NCBI GenBank assembly: GCA_045653405.1
Contig: JAZOLW010000077.1
Span: 1-37,273, forward strand
Direction: 5' to 3'
Source: Eubacteriales bacterium
Lineage (GTDB): Bacteria; Bacillota; Clostridia; Oscillospirales; CAG-382
Length of the DNA stretch: 37,273 nucleotides
Of the stretch, positions 16,402 through 26,148 are shown one piece after another (positions within the stretch are counted from its first letter, which is position 1; the number at the start of each line of letters is the position of its first letter). Made by a program: the position numbers and the translations under genes. The notes under the pieces are model-generated. The model worked only from the letters and a program-made list of their open reading frames with translations. It did not search any database and was not told the origin of the DNA.

Positions 16402-19170
16402 ATGGCGCAAAAGAAACCAACAGCAAAAAGAGATATAGATGTGAAAAAGAAATCATCTGCAAAGACTAATGCAGAAAACACCTTAAAAAATCAGGAAGCA
16501 GTAAAGCAAAGACAGGAAAACCTCAGACTCAGAGAAGAAATAAAGACACTCAAAAAGAAAAGAAACATTGAAGAAACCTTTTCCTATAACTTTATGCCCT
16601 ACATTTTCTGCTTCGCAGGCATCTTCCTCACAATCTGCTTTATAATCCCCGATAAAATGAAGTTCCTCGGAATGCTTGCAAACATACTCAGCGGACTTTT
16701 CTCTGCGGGAGCTCTGTTAATTCCCGTGTGTATGGTAATACAGGCATTCTTCTGGAAGCCCGATGCAAAAGCAGACAAGCTGAAGCTTAAAGCGGTTATA
16801 AATACCGGATTTATTTTTACTGTTTCTTCAATCTGGCAACTCATCGCCCTCTCGTCAGGCACCGAAAAGACATACAGCCTCGTGGAGCTTTACAAGTCCG
16901 GTGCCCACTACGGCGGAGGCGGCGTTATAGGCGGATATATTGCAAACTTCATTGAACAGTTTACGGGAGTAGGAGCCTGGATTATCTTTATATTCCTTTT
17001 CTTCCTGCTGTTCTTTGCAATGATAAATATTACTCCTGCTGATATGATTGCATATCTCAGAAATAAAATAAGAGAAGCAAGCTACAACGCACAGGTGAGA
17101 AAGAAAGAAGCCCTCAAGCGCCATCTTTCTGAACAGACAGCAAAAACTGATGTTACTGCTCAGAATGATGATACACCACAGACCGGAAAGCGCAAAAAGA
17201 AGGCATACCTTGAAGAATTTAACGGAGGTAAGGACGAACCCTCCGCCGAAAATGCCGACGCCGAAAAAGAAAGCGAAACATCAGGGATTGAAATTTCAGC
17301 CGAAGCTCTTGAAATTGCCACAGGCGAAAAATCGGGCGCAACCTTTGGCGGCACTGCCGAAAACGCAGAAAACTCCGACAACATCGCTCCCGATAAAGAT
17401 GTCTACGACAGCATCAAGGGTAACAGTGTAACTTTCGTAAGCGGCGCAGAACATCAGGAAGGCGAAGACCCGAGAGAAATCAACCTTGCTGAGATTTTCA
17501 CCGAGGATGCAGTTATTGCCTCCGCAGGCGTTGCAGCAAGCACAGCAGACGTTCTTCCCGAAGGTGCTGTCATTGAAGATGCAGTTACCGAAATACAGAC
17601 AGATTCCGATGTGGAAACAGAAAAAGAAGAAGTAAAGGTAGCTCCCAAACCGAATTACGCAGAACTTTACAGATTCCCCAGCCTTGAATTTCTCCAGAAA
17701 GACCCCAACCCCGCAACCTTTGCAATAACGGACGAACTCAAGAATACAGCGGTTAAACTTGTTGAAACTCTTGCAACATTCGGTGTTAAGACCAAGATTT
17801 CCAACATCTGCAGCGGTCCCACCGTTACAAGATACGAGCTTCAGCCTGAGGTCGGCGTAAGAGTAAAGGCAATTCAGAACCTTGCAGACGATATCGCCCT
17901 GCACCTTGCGGCATCAGGCGTAAGAATAGAAGCTCCTATTCCCGGCAAAAACGCAGTGGGTATCGAAATCCCTAACGAAACAGTTTCGACAGTTTATATA
18001 AGAAATCTTATTGAAAATCCAAAGTTTGCACAGTTAAAAAGCAAGCTGTCGGTATGTCTCGGTATGGACGTTGCAGGAAGCCCTATATATATGGATATTG
18101 CCAAGATGCCCCATCTTCTCATTGCAGGTGCTACGGGTATGGGTAAGTCCGTATGTATCAACAGCTTCATCGTAAGCCTTCTTTACAAGGCTCGTCCCGA
18201 CGAATGCAAGCTGCTTCTTATTGACCCCAAAAAGGTTGAATTTGCAGTATATAACGGTATGCCTCACCTGCTTGTTCCCGTTGTAAGCGACCCCAAAAAG
18301 GCAGCAGGCTCACTTGCCTGGGCAGTAAACGAAATGGAACGCCGTTTCCAGCTCATTGAGGAGGTTGGTGTGCGTGACCTTGACACATACAACAAGGTAA
18401 CTGCAAACGATCCCGAAAGAGAACACATACCCAAAATTGTAATAATCATAGACGAGCTTGCAGACCTTATGATGACAGCGCGCGATGAAGTTGAAAACTC
18501 CATCTGCCGTATTGCCCAGAAAGCAAGAGCCGCAGGTATGCACCTTGTTATCGGTACACAGCGTCCGTCGGTTGATGTTATCACAGGTCTTATCAAGGCA
18601 AACGTACCATCAAGAATTGCCTGCACCGTTGCTTCACAGGTTGACTCCAGAACAATCATTGATGTTTCGGGTGCTGAAAAGCTTCTTGGACGCGGTGATA
18701 TGCTGTATGCACCTGTAGGCTCTATGAAGCCTATCCGTGTACAGGGTTCATTTGTCAACGAAGAAGAAATTGAAGATATTATCAATTATCTCAAGAGTGC
18801 AGGTGAAGCTGAATACGACAACGATATCATCACAAGCATTGAGCGTGAAGCGGAACACTGCGGAGAAAAGAAAAAGAAGGGTGCATCCTTTGCCGACGGT
18901 GACGATTACGATGTTGACGACAGAGATGCAATACTCAATTCCGACGATGCAATCTTCCCTGCTATAGAAATTGCAATTGATGCAAATATGATATCCACAT
19001 CACATCTTCAGAGAAAGCTGTCACTTGGATATTCGAGAGCTGCGAGAATTGTGGATAAGCTTGAAAAGCTGGGCATTGTAGGTCCTTACGAGGGTTCAAA
19101 GCCCAGAAAGGTTCTCATAACAAGACAGGAATATCTTGAAATGAAGATGAACCACGAAAACAGGGGATAA
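16402..19170 (+). CDS. ftsK: DNA translocase FtsK/SpoIIIE
   Basis: 922 aa: Lys-rich N-terminus, 4 TM segments, acidic low-complexity linker, motor domain with Walker A GATGMGKS and Walker B IIIDELADL, and a C-terminal gamma (winged-helix) domain. Confidence 0.93.
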   Translation: MAQKKPTAKRDIDVKKKSSAKTNAENTLKNQEAVKQRQENLRLREEIKTLKKKRNIEETFSYNFMPYIFCFAGIFLTICFIIPDKMKFLGMLANILSGLFSAGALLIPVCMVIQAFFWKPDAKADKLKLKAVINTGFIFTVSSIWQLIALSSGTEKTYSLVELYKSGAHYGGGGVIGGYIANFIEQFTGVGAWIIFIFLFFLLFFAMINITPADMIAYLRNKIREASYNAQVRKKEALKRHLSEQTAKTDVTAQNDDTPQTGKRKKKAYLEEFNGGKDEPSAENADAEKESETSGIEISAEALEIATGEKSGATFGGTAENAENSDNIAPDKDVYDSIKGNSVTFVSGAEHQEGEDPREINLAEIFTEDAVIASAGVAASTADVLPEGAVIEDAVTEIQTDSDVETEKEEVKVAPKPNYAELYRFPSLEFLQKDPNPATFAITDELKNTAVKLVETLATFGVKTKISNICSGPTVTRYELQPEVGVRVKAIQNLADDIALHLAASGVRIEAPIPGKNAVGIEIPNETVSTVYIRNLIENPKFAQLKSKLSVCLGMDVAGSPIYMDIAKMPHLLIAGATGMGKSVCINSFIVSLLYKARPDECKLLLIDPKKVEFAVYNGMPHLLVPVVSDPKKAAGSLAWAVNEMERRFQLIEEVGVRDLDTYNKVTANDPEREHIPKIVIIIDELADLMMTARDEVENSICRIAQKARAAGMHLVIGTQRPSVDVITGLIKANVPSRIACTVASQVDSRTIIDVSGAEKLLGRGDMLYAPVGSMKPIRVQGSFVNEEEIEDIINYLKSAGEAEYDNDIITSIEREAEHCGEKKKKGASFADGDDYDVDDRDAILNSDDAIFPAIEIAIDANMISTSHLQRKLSLGYSRAARIVDKLEKLGIVGPYEGSKPRKVLITRQEYLEMKMNHENRG

Positions 19171-19179
19171 TCCCCATTG

Positions 19180-19269
19180 ATTTGTCAGTCTTCAAGTCTT
19201 GCAACTTGTAGACTGGGGGCTGAGCCCCCCTATTTGTCATCCTTCAAGTCTTACGACTTGAAGGATGAC
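19180..19269 (+). repeat. Two tandem copies (52-nt offset) of a hairpin-forming repeat flanking a GC hairpin
   Basis: Copy A spans 19180-19215 and has a 12-bp stem with one mismatch. GGGGC-TGA-GCCCC lies at 19216-19228. Copy B spans 19232-19269 and has a perfect 15-bp stem. Both copies begin ATTTGTCA and share CTTCAAGTCTT...ACTTG. Confidence 0.7.
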
Positions 19270-19286
19270 GGTGTATCAGTGATATT

Positions 19287-19315
19287 TTGATTAAATCTTA
19301 TTAAACTATTAATAT
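19287..19315 (+). promoter_or_regulatory. Putative promoter of the MBL-fold (ComEC-type) gene
   Basis: TTGATT (19287-19292), 17 nt, TAATAT (19310-19315). It is bracketed by a 15-nt inverted repeat (19274-19288 / 19322-19336). Confidence 0.4.
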
Positions 19316-19375
19316 AGTTACAAAATATCGCTGATATGCTCATCTCTAAAATTCCACCCGAAAGGAAAAAATGCG

Positions 19376-20371
19376 TTGTCCAGATATAATTTTCCCACAA
19401 AAAAAGTAAGAAGCAAGACAACCGTAATTGTCACTGCGGTGATAATTCTTATATACCTTGCTATGACCGTATATACCGACTATAAAAACTTTGTCAAAGC
19501 AAGAGAGGCTATGTCTCTTGCCGACGGGCTGTTCTCTGCACATTTTATAGATGTGGGTCAGGGAGATGCAACTCTTTTATGCAGTCCCGACGGAGAATAT
19601 ATGCTTATCGACTGCGGTCCCACGGCAAGCGGAGAGTATCTTGTAAAATATCTCAAGGATGTCGGCGTTGACACCCTTGAATATCTCATCCTTACCCATC
19701 CCCACGAGGACCACTACGGCGGTACTCCAGATGTTATTGATGCTTTTGCTGTTGAAAACTTCATAATCCACCAAGATTTTTACGAAACATATCCTTACGA
19801 TATTTACATAGATACGTTTTCTTACTTTAAAGATACGGAAATAATCTATGCGGAGGCAGGAGATAAGTTTGAGTTTGCCGATTGTGCTGATTTTATGATT
19901 CTTTCACCCAAAGAAGCAGATTTTGAAAACTTAAATAACTCAAGTATGTCTTTGAAGCTGGTATTCGGAAGCACCTCTTTCCTTTTCACGGGAGATGCAG
20001 AATCAAGACTTGAAAAAGAAATGTTAGCAAGCGGCTACAATCTTGACTCAGATGTGTTTCAGGCAGGTCATCACGGCTCATCCACTTCAAATAAAAAGTC
20101 CTTCGTAAATGCAGTAAGTCCCAGGTACGCAGTAATAAGCTGCGGTGAGGATAACGATTACGGACATCCCCATAAAGAAACGGTGGAAACCTTTGAGAAA
20201 TGCGGTGTAGAAATGCTTCGCACCGATGAAATGTCAAACATTGTTCTCTTTTCAGACGGCTCTGCCGTAGGCTTTGCCGAAGATTTCGGAGACGGCGAAA
20301 GACAGCAGCCCAAAGATACAAATATGATTGCAGAATATGTAAAAAACCTTATACAGCGTCTTGCTGCATAA
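19376..20371 (+). CDS. ComEC/Rec2-related metallo-beta-lactamase fold hydrolase with an N-terminal membrane anchor
   Basis: TTG start with GAAAGGA 9 nt upstream. One TM helix (TTVIVTAVIILIYLAMTVY), then FIDVGQGDATLL, LILTHPHEDHYGG and AGHHGS motifs, as in the ComEC C-terminal domain. Confidence 0.8.
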   Translation: MSRYNFPTKKVRSKTTVIVTAVIILIYLAMTVYTDYKNFVKAREAMSLADGLFSAHFIDVGQGDATLLCSPDGEYMLIDCGPTASGEYLVKYLKDVGVDTLEYLILTHPHEDHYGGTPDVIDAFAVENFIIHQDFYETYPYDIYIDTFSYFKDTEIIYAEAGDKFEFADCADFMILSPKEADFENLNNSSMSLKLVFGSTSFLFTGDAESRLEKEMLASGYNLDSDVFQAGHHGSSTSNKKSFVNAVSPRYAVISCGEDNDYGHPHKETVETFEKCGVEMLRTDEMSNIVLFSDGSAVGFAEDFGDGERQQPKDTNMIAEYVKNLIQRLAA

Positions 20372-20383
20372 GGTCATACATAC

Positions 20384-21475
20384 CTATTTTGAAATATAGA
20401 ATTTTCCAAGTTCCTTGCCGTCGGCAAAGTATCTGACAGTTCCCTTGACACCGCTTTCAAGCTCGACTTTATACGACAAATCGGGATTTTGTCCTTTTGA
20501 CACGGTAAGCCATACCCCGTTACCATTTGAAAGTCTTGTTCCTGCGCTGTATACACCGAAGGAATCCTCAGCAGCTATCTCAACCGTGTCGAAATTCTCA
20601 AAAGCATAGTCAAGCATACGGGTGTGGTCATTCCAGTCGTTTCCGTCATTGAGAGTTACGGCTATAAATGTTCTTCCGTCCCGTTCTGCGGCACTGACTA
20701 AACATCTTCCTGCGGCTTTGGTGAATCCCGTTTTGACACCCGATGCACCGTCGTAGAATTTGAGCATTTTGTTGTGATTGAGAAATAATCTTGTCAGCTT
20801 TCCGTCCATAGAGGGAGCGAGATACTTTTTTGTAGACACAATTTCTCTGAATTTTTCGTTTTTCATAGCCTCGGCTGTTATATACGCAAGCTCATAGGCG
20901 GTTGTATAGTGATTTTCCGCTGTAAGTCCGTGAGGATTTGCAAAATTCGTATCGGTAAGCCCCATCACTTTGCCGGTTTCGTTCATAAGAGCAGCAAAGT
21001 CTTCTATACTTCCCGAACAGGCAACAGCAAGAGTATGCGCGGCATCGTTTCCCGATTCAAGAAGCAGTCCGTAAAGCAGGGCTTCAACCGTTATTTCTTC
21101 ATTTTCCTGAAGATAAATTGAAGAACCCTCTACAAGAGTTGCCTCTTTTGGCACTTTGATAACGCGGTCGAGAGGCAATTTGTCAAGTATTATTTTAGCT
21201 GTCATTATCTTTGTTGTGCTTGCCATAGGAAGACGGGCAGAGCTGTTTTTCTCATACAACACCGCACCTGTCTTTGCGTCAATCAGAACAGCAGACTGCG
21301 CGAATGTCTGAATCTGTGCAGATGAAGCCTCCGTGCCGTACAACGGTACAGATGTGCTTGACAGCACTTCTTTTGGCTGTCCGTTATAAACCTTTGCGGA
21401 GTTGAGTGCAAAGGCAATTCCGAGATATACGATTACAGCGGCGGCATAACACAGCGGTAAAAATTTTCTTTTCAT
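20384..21475 (-). CDS. D-alanyl-D-alanine carboxypeptidase (low-MW PBP, serine peptidase S11)
   Basis: 363 aa with a signal/anchor sequence and the motifs SxxK (ASTTKIMTA), SGN (ESGND) and KTG (VKTGFT). Confidence 0.88.
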   Translation of the reverse strand: MKRKFLPLCYAAAVIVYLGIAFALNSAKVYNGQPKEVLSSTSVPLYGTEASSAQIQTFAQSAVLIDAKTGAVLYEKNSSARLPMASTTKIMTAKIILDKLPLDRVIKVPKEATLVEGSSIYLQENEEITVEALLYGLLLESGNDAAHTLAVACSGSIEDFAALMNETGKVMGLTDTNFANPHGLTAENHYTTAYELAYITAEAMKNEKFREIVSTKKYLAPSMDGKLTRLFLNHNKMLKFYDGASGVKTGFTKAAGRCLVSAAERDGRTFIAVTLNDGNDWNDHTRMLDYAFENFDTVEIAAEDSFGVYSAGTRLSNGNGVWLTVSKGQNPDLSYKVELESGVKGTVRYFADGKELGKFYISK

Positions 21476-21587
21476 ATAATTAATCAGCCTTCCAAAACAT
21501 TATAAACCCTGGATTTATAATAAATAATATTCGGTGTGTGCGGTACTTATTACCGGCACTTCACACCGCTAACAACGGAGAAAACCT

Positions 21588-22382
21588 ATGCCATTTGAAT
21601 TTAACGTAAGAAGAATATTAAGCTACACAAGACGAGCCGTAGACGATTACGGTATGATTGAGGACGGCGACAGAATCGCTGTCGGAGTATCGGGAGGAAA
21701 AGACTCCCTTGCCCTGCTCTGCTCACTTGCAATGCTTAAAAAATTCTACCCTAAAAAGTTTGAGCTTGAAGCAATAACAATGGACCCCGGTTTTTACAAA
21801 GCAGGCTACGGTGACGAAGCCGAAACCAAAGCAGGCTTTGAAAAGCTTCGTGAATTATGCGAACAGCTGGAAGTGAATTTCACGCTGTTTGACACGGAAA
21901 TTGCAAAGATAATATTTGACGTGCGTAAAGAAAAAAGCCCTTGCTCTCTGTGTGCCAGAATGAGACGAGGAGCGCTCCACGATAATGCAAAACTGTTGAA
22001 TTGCAACAAAATTGCACTGGGACACCATTTTGACGATGCAGTGGAAACCTTTATGATGAATTTGTTCAACGAAGGGCGAATAGGATGCTTCTCCCCCGTC
22101 ACCTACCTTGACAGAAAGGACATCACACTGATTCGTCCCCTTATATATGCTCCTGAAAAGGACATAAAATATTTTATTAACCACTCAGATTTACCTGTGC
22201 TTTCAAGTCCCTGCCCTGCAGATAAGACAACCGACAGAGAAAACATAAAGAAACTGCTTGCAGGACTTGACAAGGAAAACAGCGGACTTAAATACCGCAT
22301 ATTCGGAGCTATGCAGCGTGCGGGTATAGACGGATACAAAGAAATAACCCTGAACGGAAACGGAAAAGAGGCAGAAAATTGA
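21588..22382 (+). CDS. ttcA: PP-loop ATPase, tRNA 2-thiocytidine biosynthesis TtcA-like
   Basis: 264 aa with the PP-loop VGVSGGKDSLAL, the Cys cluster SPCSLCARMRRG, and a C-terminal SSPCP. Confidence 0.8.
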   Translation: MPFEFNVRRILSYTRRAVDDYGMIEDGDRIAVGVSGGKDSLALLCSLAMLKKFYPKKFELEAITMDPGFYKAGYGDEAETKAGFEKLRELCEQLEVNFTLFDTEIAKIIFDVRKEKSPCSLCARMRRGALHDNAKLLNCNKIALGHHFDDAVETFMMNLFNEGRIGCFSPVTYLDRKDITLIRPLIYAPEKDIKYFINHSDLPVLSSPCPADKTTDRENIKKLLAGLDKENSGLKYRIFGAMQRAGIDGYKEITLNGNGKEAEN

Positions 22383-24118
22383 AAAAACTGTTTGAATATC
22401 TTGTGCCTTACAAGCTGAGAATGATACTTGGGCTGTCGATTAAGACAGTAGGAACTGTTATGGACCTGTTTCTGCCGCTTATACTGTCCCACATCATAGA
22501 TATGGTTATCCCCACAGAAAGTATACCCTCTATAGTACTTTGGGGTATTATTATGATAGTCTGCTCGTTTATCGCGTGGATTGGCAACATCACGGCAAAC
22601 CGTATGGCAGCAAGAGTGGCAGGCGACTGTATAAAATCCATCCGCCATGATTTGTTTTCAAAAATCTCCTATCTTGATTCACAGACGGTTGACAAGCTTA
22701 CAATCTCCTCACTCGAATCCAGAATCACAAGCGATACATACAGCGTTCACGGAATGGTAGGCATGGTACAGCGAATGGGTGTAAGAGCGCCTATCCTTGT
22801 AATAGGCGGGCTTATCGTTGCATTCGTGCTGGATGCAAGACTTACAATAATGCTGGCACTTACAATGCCCTTTATATTCTTAAGTGTTTTCATCATTTCA
22901 AAAAAAGGCGTCAAGCTGTATAAAAAACTGCAGTATGCCATTGACAACATAGTAAGAGTAGTCCGTGAAAATGCAACGGGCGTAAGAGTAATCAAGGCAC
23001 TTGGTAAATCCGAATATGAAAAAAAGAGATTTGACGGTGTTAATACAGAAGCCATCCGTATGGAAAAGACGGCAGGCACGGTTATGTCCCTCACAGGTCC
23101 CCTTATTACATTTTTCCTCAACGCAGGGCTTTGTGCGGTAATTGCCGCAGGTGCATACTGGGTTGACACGGGACTGAGCACAAACGGAAAAATCATTGCG
23201 TTTATGTCCTACTTTACCATAATTTCAAACGCCACCATTGCCATGTCCAGAATTTTCACAATGTGTTCCAAGGGCACAGCCTGTATGAACAGAATTGAAA
23301 CAGTTCTTTGCGAAGAACCAAGCCTGTGGGTTGCACAGTACGAAGCCTTTGAAGAACTTCAGAACACTGAGCAGGATGTTCCTCACATCAGTTTCAGAAA
23401 CGTGACCTTCTCCTATGGAGAAAGCGAAAGCAATGTGCTTGAAAACATTTCCTTTGACCTGGGACACAAAGAAACTCTCGGAATTATCGGTGCAACAGGA
23501 AGCGGAAAAAGTACAATTATTTCCCTGCTTATGAGAATGTATGACGTGTCGGAGGGTGAAATCCTTATCGACGGAATAAACATAAAAAAATACCCGTCGG
23601 CTGTTCTTCGTGAAAAGTTCGGAGCAGTTTTTCAGAATGATTTTCTCTTTGCAGATTCCATATATGAGAATGTTAATTTTGGACGTGACCTTTCAAAAGA
23701 ACAGGTAGAAAATGCGCTGAAAATGGCTCAGGCTGAATATGTAAAAGGCTACGAAGACGGCACAGAGCATATGCTTGACATAAAGGGAGCAAACCTTTCG
23801 GGCGGACAGAAGCAAAGACTTCTTGTTGCAAGAGCAATTGCCGCATCTCCCGAAGTTCTTGTGCTTGACGACAGTTCATCCGCCCTTGACTACAAAACCG
23901 ATGCGGCACTTCGTGAAGTTATCCGCACACAGCTTTCAGACAGTACAACCATAATAATTGCCCAGCGAGTAAGCTCTGTTATGAATTCCGACAAAATTAT
24001 GGTACTTGATAAAGGCAGGATAATAGGCCTCGGCACACACAAGGAGCTTCTTGAAAGCTGTGAGATATACCGTGAGATACACGATACACAAATGTCAGGA
24101 GGTGCTGTAATTGAGTAA
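22379..24118 (+). CDS. ABC exporter permease/ATPase subunit 1 (degenerate NBD)
   Basis: 579 aa, TMD plus NBD. Walker A GATGSGKST and signature LSGGQ are canonical. Walker B is LVLDDSSS (Asp replaces the catalytic Glu) and the H-loop His is replaced by Gln (IIAQRVSS). The TTG start overlaps the ttcA stop. Confidence 0.88.
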   Translation: MKKLFEYLVPYKLRMILGLSIKTVGTVMDLFLPLILSHIIDMVIPTESIPSIVLWGIIMIVCSFIAWIGNITANRMAARVAGDCIKSIRHDLFSKISYLDSQTVDKLTISSLESRITSDTYSVHGMVGMVQRMGVRAPILVIGGLIVAFVLDARLTIMLALTMPFIFLSVFIISKKGVKLYKKLQYAIDNIVRVVRENATGVRVIKALGKSEYEKKRFDGVNTEAIRMEKTAGTVMSLTGPLITFFLNAGLCAVIAAGAYWVDTGLSTNGKIIAFMSYFTIISNATIAMSRIFTMCSKGTACMNRIETVLCEEPSLWVAQYEAFEELQNTEQDVPHISFRNVTFSYGESESNVLENISFDLGHKETLGIIGATGSGKSTIISLLMRMYDVSEGEILIDGINIKKYPSAVLREKFGAVFQNDFLFADSIYENVNFGRDLSKEQVENALKMAQAEYVKGYEDGTEHMLDIKGANLSGGQKQRLLVARAIAASPEVLVLDDSSSALDYKTDAALREVIRTQLSDSTTIIIAQRVSSVMNSDKIMVLDKGRIIGLGTHKELLESCEIYREIHDTQMSGGAVIE

Positions 24119-25898
24119 ACTCAGACAACGCGTTCCCGACAGCGAACGTATGAAAAAAAGCGTGGTTATAGTAAGACTGCTGAAGTATTTACTTAACTAC
24201 AAGGGCTTGTTGCTTCTCGTTCTGACATTTACAGTAACAGCAAACCTGCTTGCACTTGTCGCTCCTTCCCTTTCGGGAAAGGCGATAGATGCAATAATCG
24301 GTCCCGGAAATGTCGACTACAAAACTGTATTCTATAACTGCGCACTGATGCTCATATTCTATGTGATTTCAGCACTTTTAAGCTTTGCAAACTCCGTTAC
24401 AATGATAAATCTCAGCCGAAAAGTTGTATATCATATGAGAAAGCAGGTATTTGAGCATCTTGCGGATATGCCTGTAGGCTATTTTGACAAGAACCAGACA
24501 GGTGACCTTATAAGCAGGCTTACCTACGATATCGACACCATAAACGCATCCCTCTCAAATGACCTTGTACAAATTTGTGCAGGTGCAATAACAGTAGTCG
24601 GCTCTGCGGTTATGATGTACAAATATTCACCTCCCCTTATGCTTATATTCCTCATTACAATTCCTACGATGATTTGCATTACCGTTCTTCGTGTAAAGAA
24701 GGTTAAGCCGCTTTTCAGAAAACGTTCTGCAATGCTTGGCGAACTCAACGGATACACCGAAGAAATGCTGTCAGGTCAGAAAACAATACGCGCCTACGGC
24801 AAGGAAGAGGTAATGATTTCCCGTTTTGACAAGCACAACAACGAAGCAACCGAGGCATACTATGAAGCAGACTACCACGGAAGCGTTATCGGTCCGTCGG
24901 TAAACCTCATAAACAATCTGTCACTGTCCCTTATAAGTATGTTCGGTGCGATGCTTTACATCTTTATGCCGGGATTTACTCTTGGAAACCTGTCCTCTTT
25001 CGTTCTGTATTCAAGAAAGTTTTCGGGTCCCGTAAACGAAACAGCAAACATCATAAGCGAAATTCAGTCGGCAACAAGTGCCGCAGAAAGAGTTTTCAGA
25101 CTGCTTGACACACCCACCGAAAAAGCTCCCTCATCCGACGACATCCGTCCCGAAAGTACTGAAGGAAGCGTTGATATTAACAACATTTCTTTCAGCTATG
25201 AGCCTGAAAAGCCAATACTTACAGATATTTCGGTTACAATCCCCAAGGGTAGTACCGTTGCAATTGTAGGTCCTACAGGCGGCGGAAAGACGACAATTAT
25301 CAACCTGCTTATGCGTTTTTACGATGTGCAGAGCGGGGATATCCGCATTGACGGAACAGATACTTCAAAGGTTGCGCTTGGTGACGTAAGAAAATCCTTT
25401 GCAATGGTGCTTCAGGACACCTGGCTGTTTGAGGGAACAGTTGCAGAAAACATTGCTTACGGATGCGAAAGCGCAACACGGGAAGATATAGAAAAAGCGG
25501 CAAAGGCGGCAAATATCCACGACTTTATAATGTCGCTTCCACAAGGGTATGATACCAAGATTGACGAAAACGGCGTAAATATTTCAAAAGGTCAGAAACA
25601 GCTCATCACCATTGCCCGTGCAATTCTTATGGACAGTCCCATGCTGATACTTGACGAAGCAACATCAAACGTAGACAGCCGTACGGAAAGACAGCTTCAG
25701 GATGCAATTAACACTGTAATGGAAGGCAGAACAAGCATAGTTGTAGCTCACAGACTTTCAACCGTAAGAAATGCCGACTGCATACTTGTAATCAAGGAAG
25801 GCAGACTCATTGAAAGCGGAACCCACGATGAGCTTCTGAAAATCACCGACGGTTTCTACAAAATGCTTTATAACAGTCAATTTGCCGAAGTAAAATAA
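24111..25898 (+). CDS. ABC exporter permease/ATPase subunit 2 (consensus NBD, degenerate signature)
   Basis: 595 aa. Walker A GPTGGGKTT, Walker B LILDEATS and H-loop VAHRLST are canonical. The signature is ISKGQ instead of LSGGQ. It overlaps subunit 1 by 8 nt. Confidence 0.88.
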   Translation: MSKLRQRVPDSERMKKSVVIVRLLKYLLNYKGLLLLVLTFTVTANLLALVAPSLSGKAIDAIIGPGNVDYKTVFYNCALMLIFYVISALLSFANSVTMINLSRKVVYHMRKQVFEHLADMPVGYFDKNQTGDLISRLTYDIDTINASLSNDLVQICAGAITVVGSAVMMYKYSPPLMLIFLITIPTMICITVLRVKKVKPLFRKRSAMLGELNGYTEEMLSGQKTIRAYGKEEVMISRFDKHNNEATEAYYEADYHGSVIGPSVNLINNLSLSLISMFGAMLYIFMPGFTLGNLSSFVLYSRKFSGPVNETANIISEIQSATSAAERVFRLLDTPTEKAPSSDDIRPESTEGSVDINNISFSYEPEKPILTDISVTIPKGSTVAIVGPTGGGKTTIINLLMRFYDVQSGDIRIDGTDTSKVALGDVRKSFAMVLQDTWLFEGTVAENIAYGCESATREDIEKAAKAANIHDFIMSLPQGYDTKIDENGVNISKGQKQLITIARAILMDSPMLILDEATSNVDSRTERQLQDAINTVMEGRTSIVVAHRLSTVRNADCILVIKEGRLIESGTHDELLKITDGFYKMLYNSQFAEVK

Positions 25899-25986
25899 GC
25901 ATTTTTTACAACAAAGGGAGATAAAACTGTTAACATTCTAAAAAATTAATTCTATGTATTTTTAATATATGCAAATTTACTTTCTG

Positions 25987-26024
25987 GGGCTGTATCAAAT
26001 CGGATTTGATACAGCCCTTCTTTT
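25987..26024 (+). terminator. Intrinsic terminator after the ABC exporter operon
   Basis: 14-bp stem GGGCTGTATCAAAT / ATTTGATACAGCCC with loop CGG, followed by TTCTTTT. Confidence 0.7.
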
Positions 26025-26059
26025 GCCGAAAAAACTAAAATAATGTTGAAAGTTTATCC

Positions 26060-26088
26060 TTGAAATTTGGACAATATTGTTATATAAT
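26060..26088 (+). promoter_or_regulatory. Putative promoter of the CobW-like gene pair
   Basis: TTGAAA (26060-26065), 17 nt, TATAAT (26083-26088). A perfect 12-bp AT palindrome ATAATATATTAT (26084-26095) overlaps the -10. Confidence 0.55.
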
Positions 26089-26148
26089 ATATTATGTATT
26101 GATATCTGTATTTGTAATTGCATTTTTATGAAAGGAATTTTAAGAAAA

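Noticed and set aside
26084-26095. AT palindrome ATAATATATTAT overlapping the -10 of the CobW-like operon, as a possible Zur/Fur box
   Set aside because: The half-sites ATAAT/ATTAT resemble Fur-family boxes, but the spacing (6-0-6) differs from the 7-1-7 TGATAAT-N-ATTATCA layout and from the Firmicutes Zur core TCGTAAT-N-ATTACGA. It may simply be AT-rich promoter sequence. It is noted as something to test, not called.
26077-26148. N-terminal extension of the CobW-like ORF (MLYNILCIDICICNCIFMKGILRK)
   Set aside because: It overlaps the predicted promoter and -10 and has no RBS. The family's N-terminus normally begins a few residues before the P-loop, as with the ATG at 26149.
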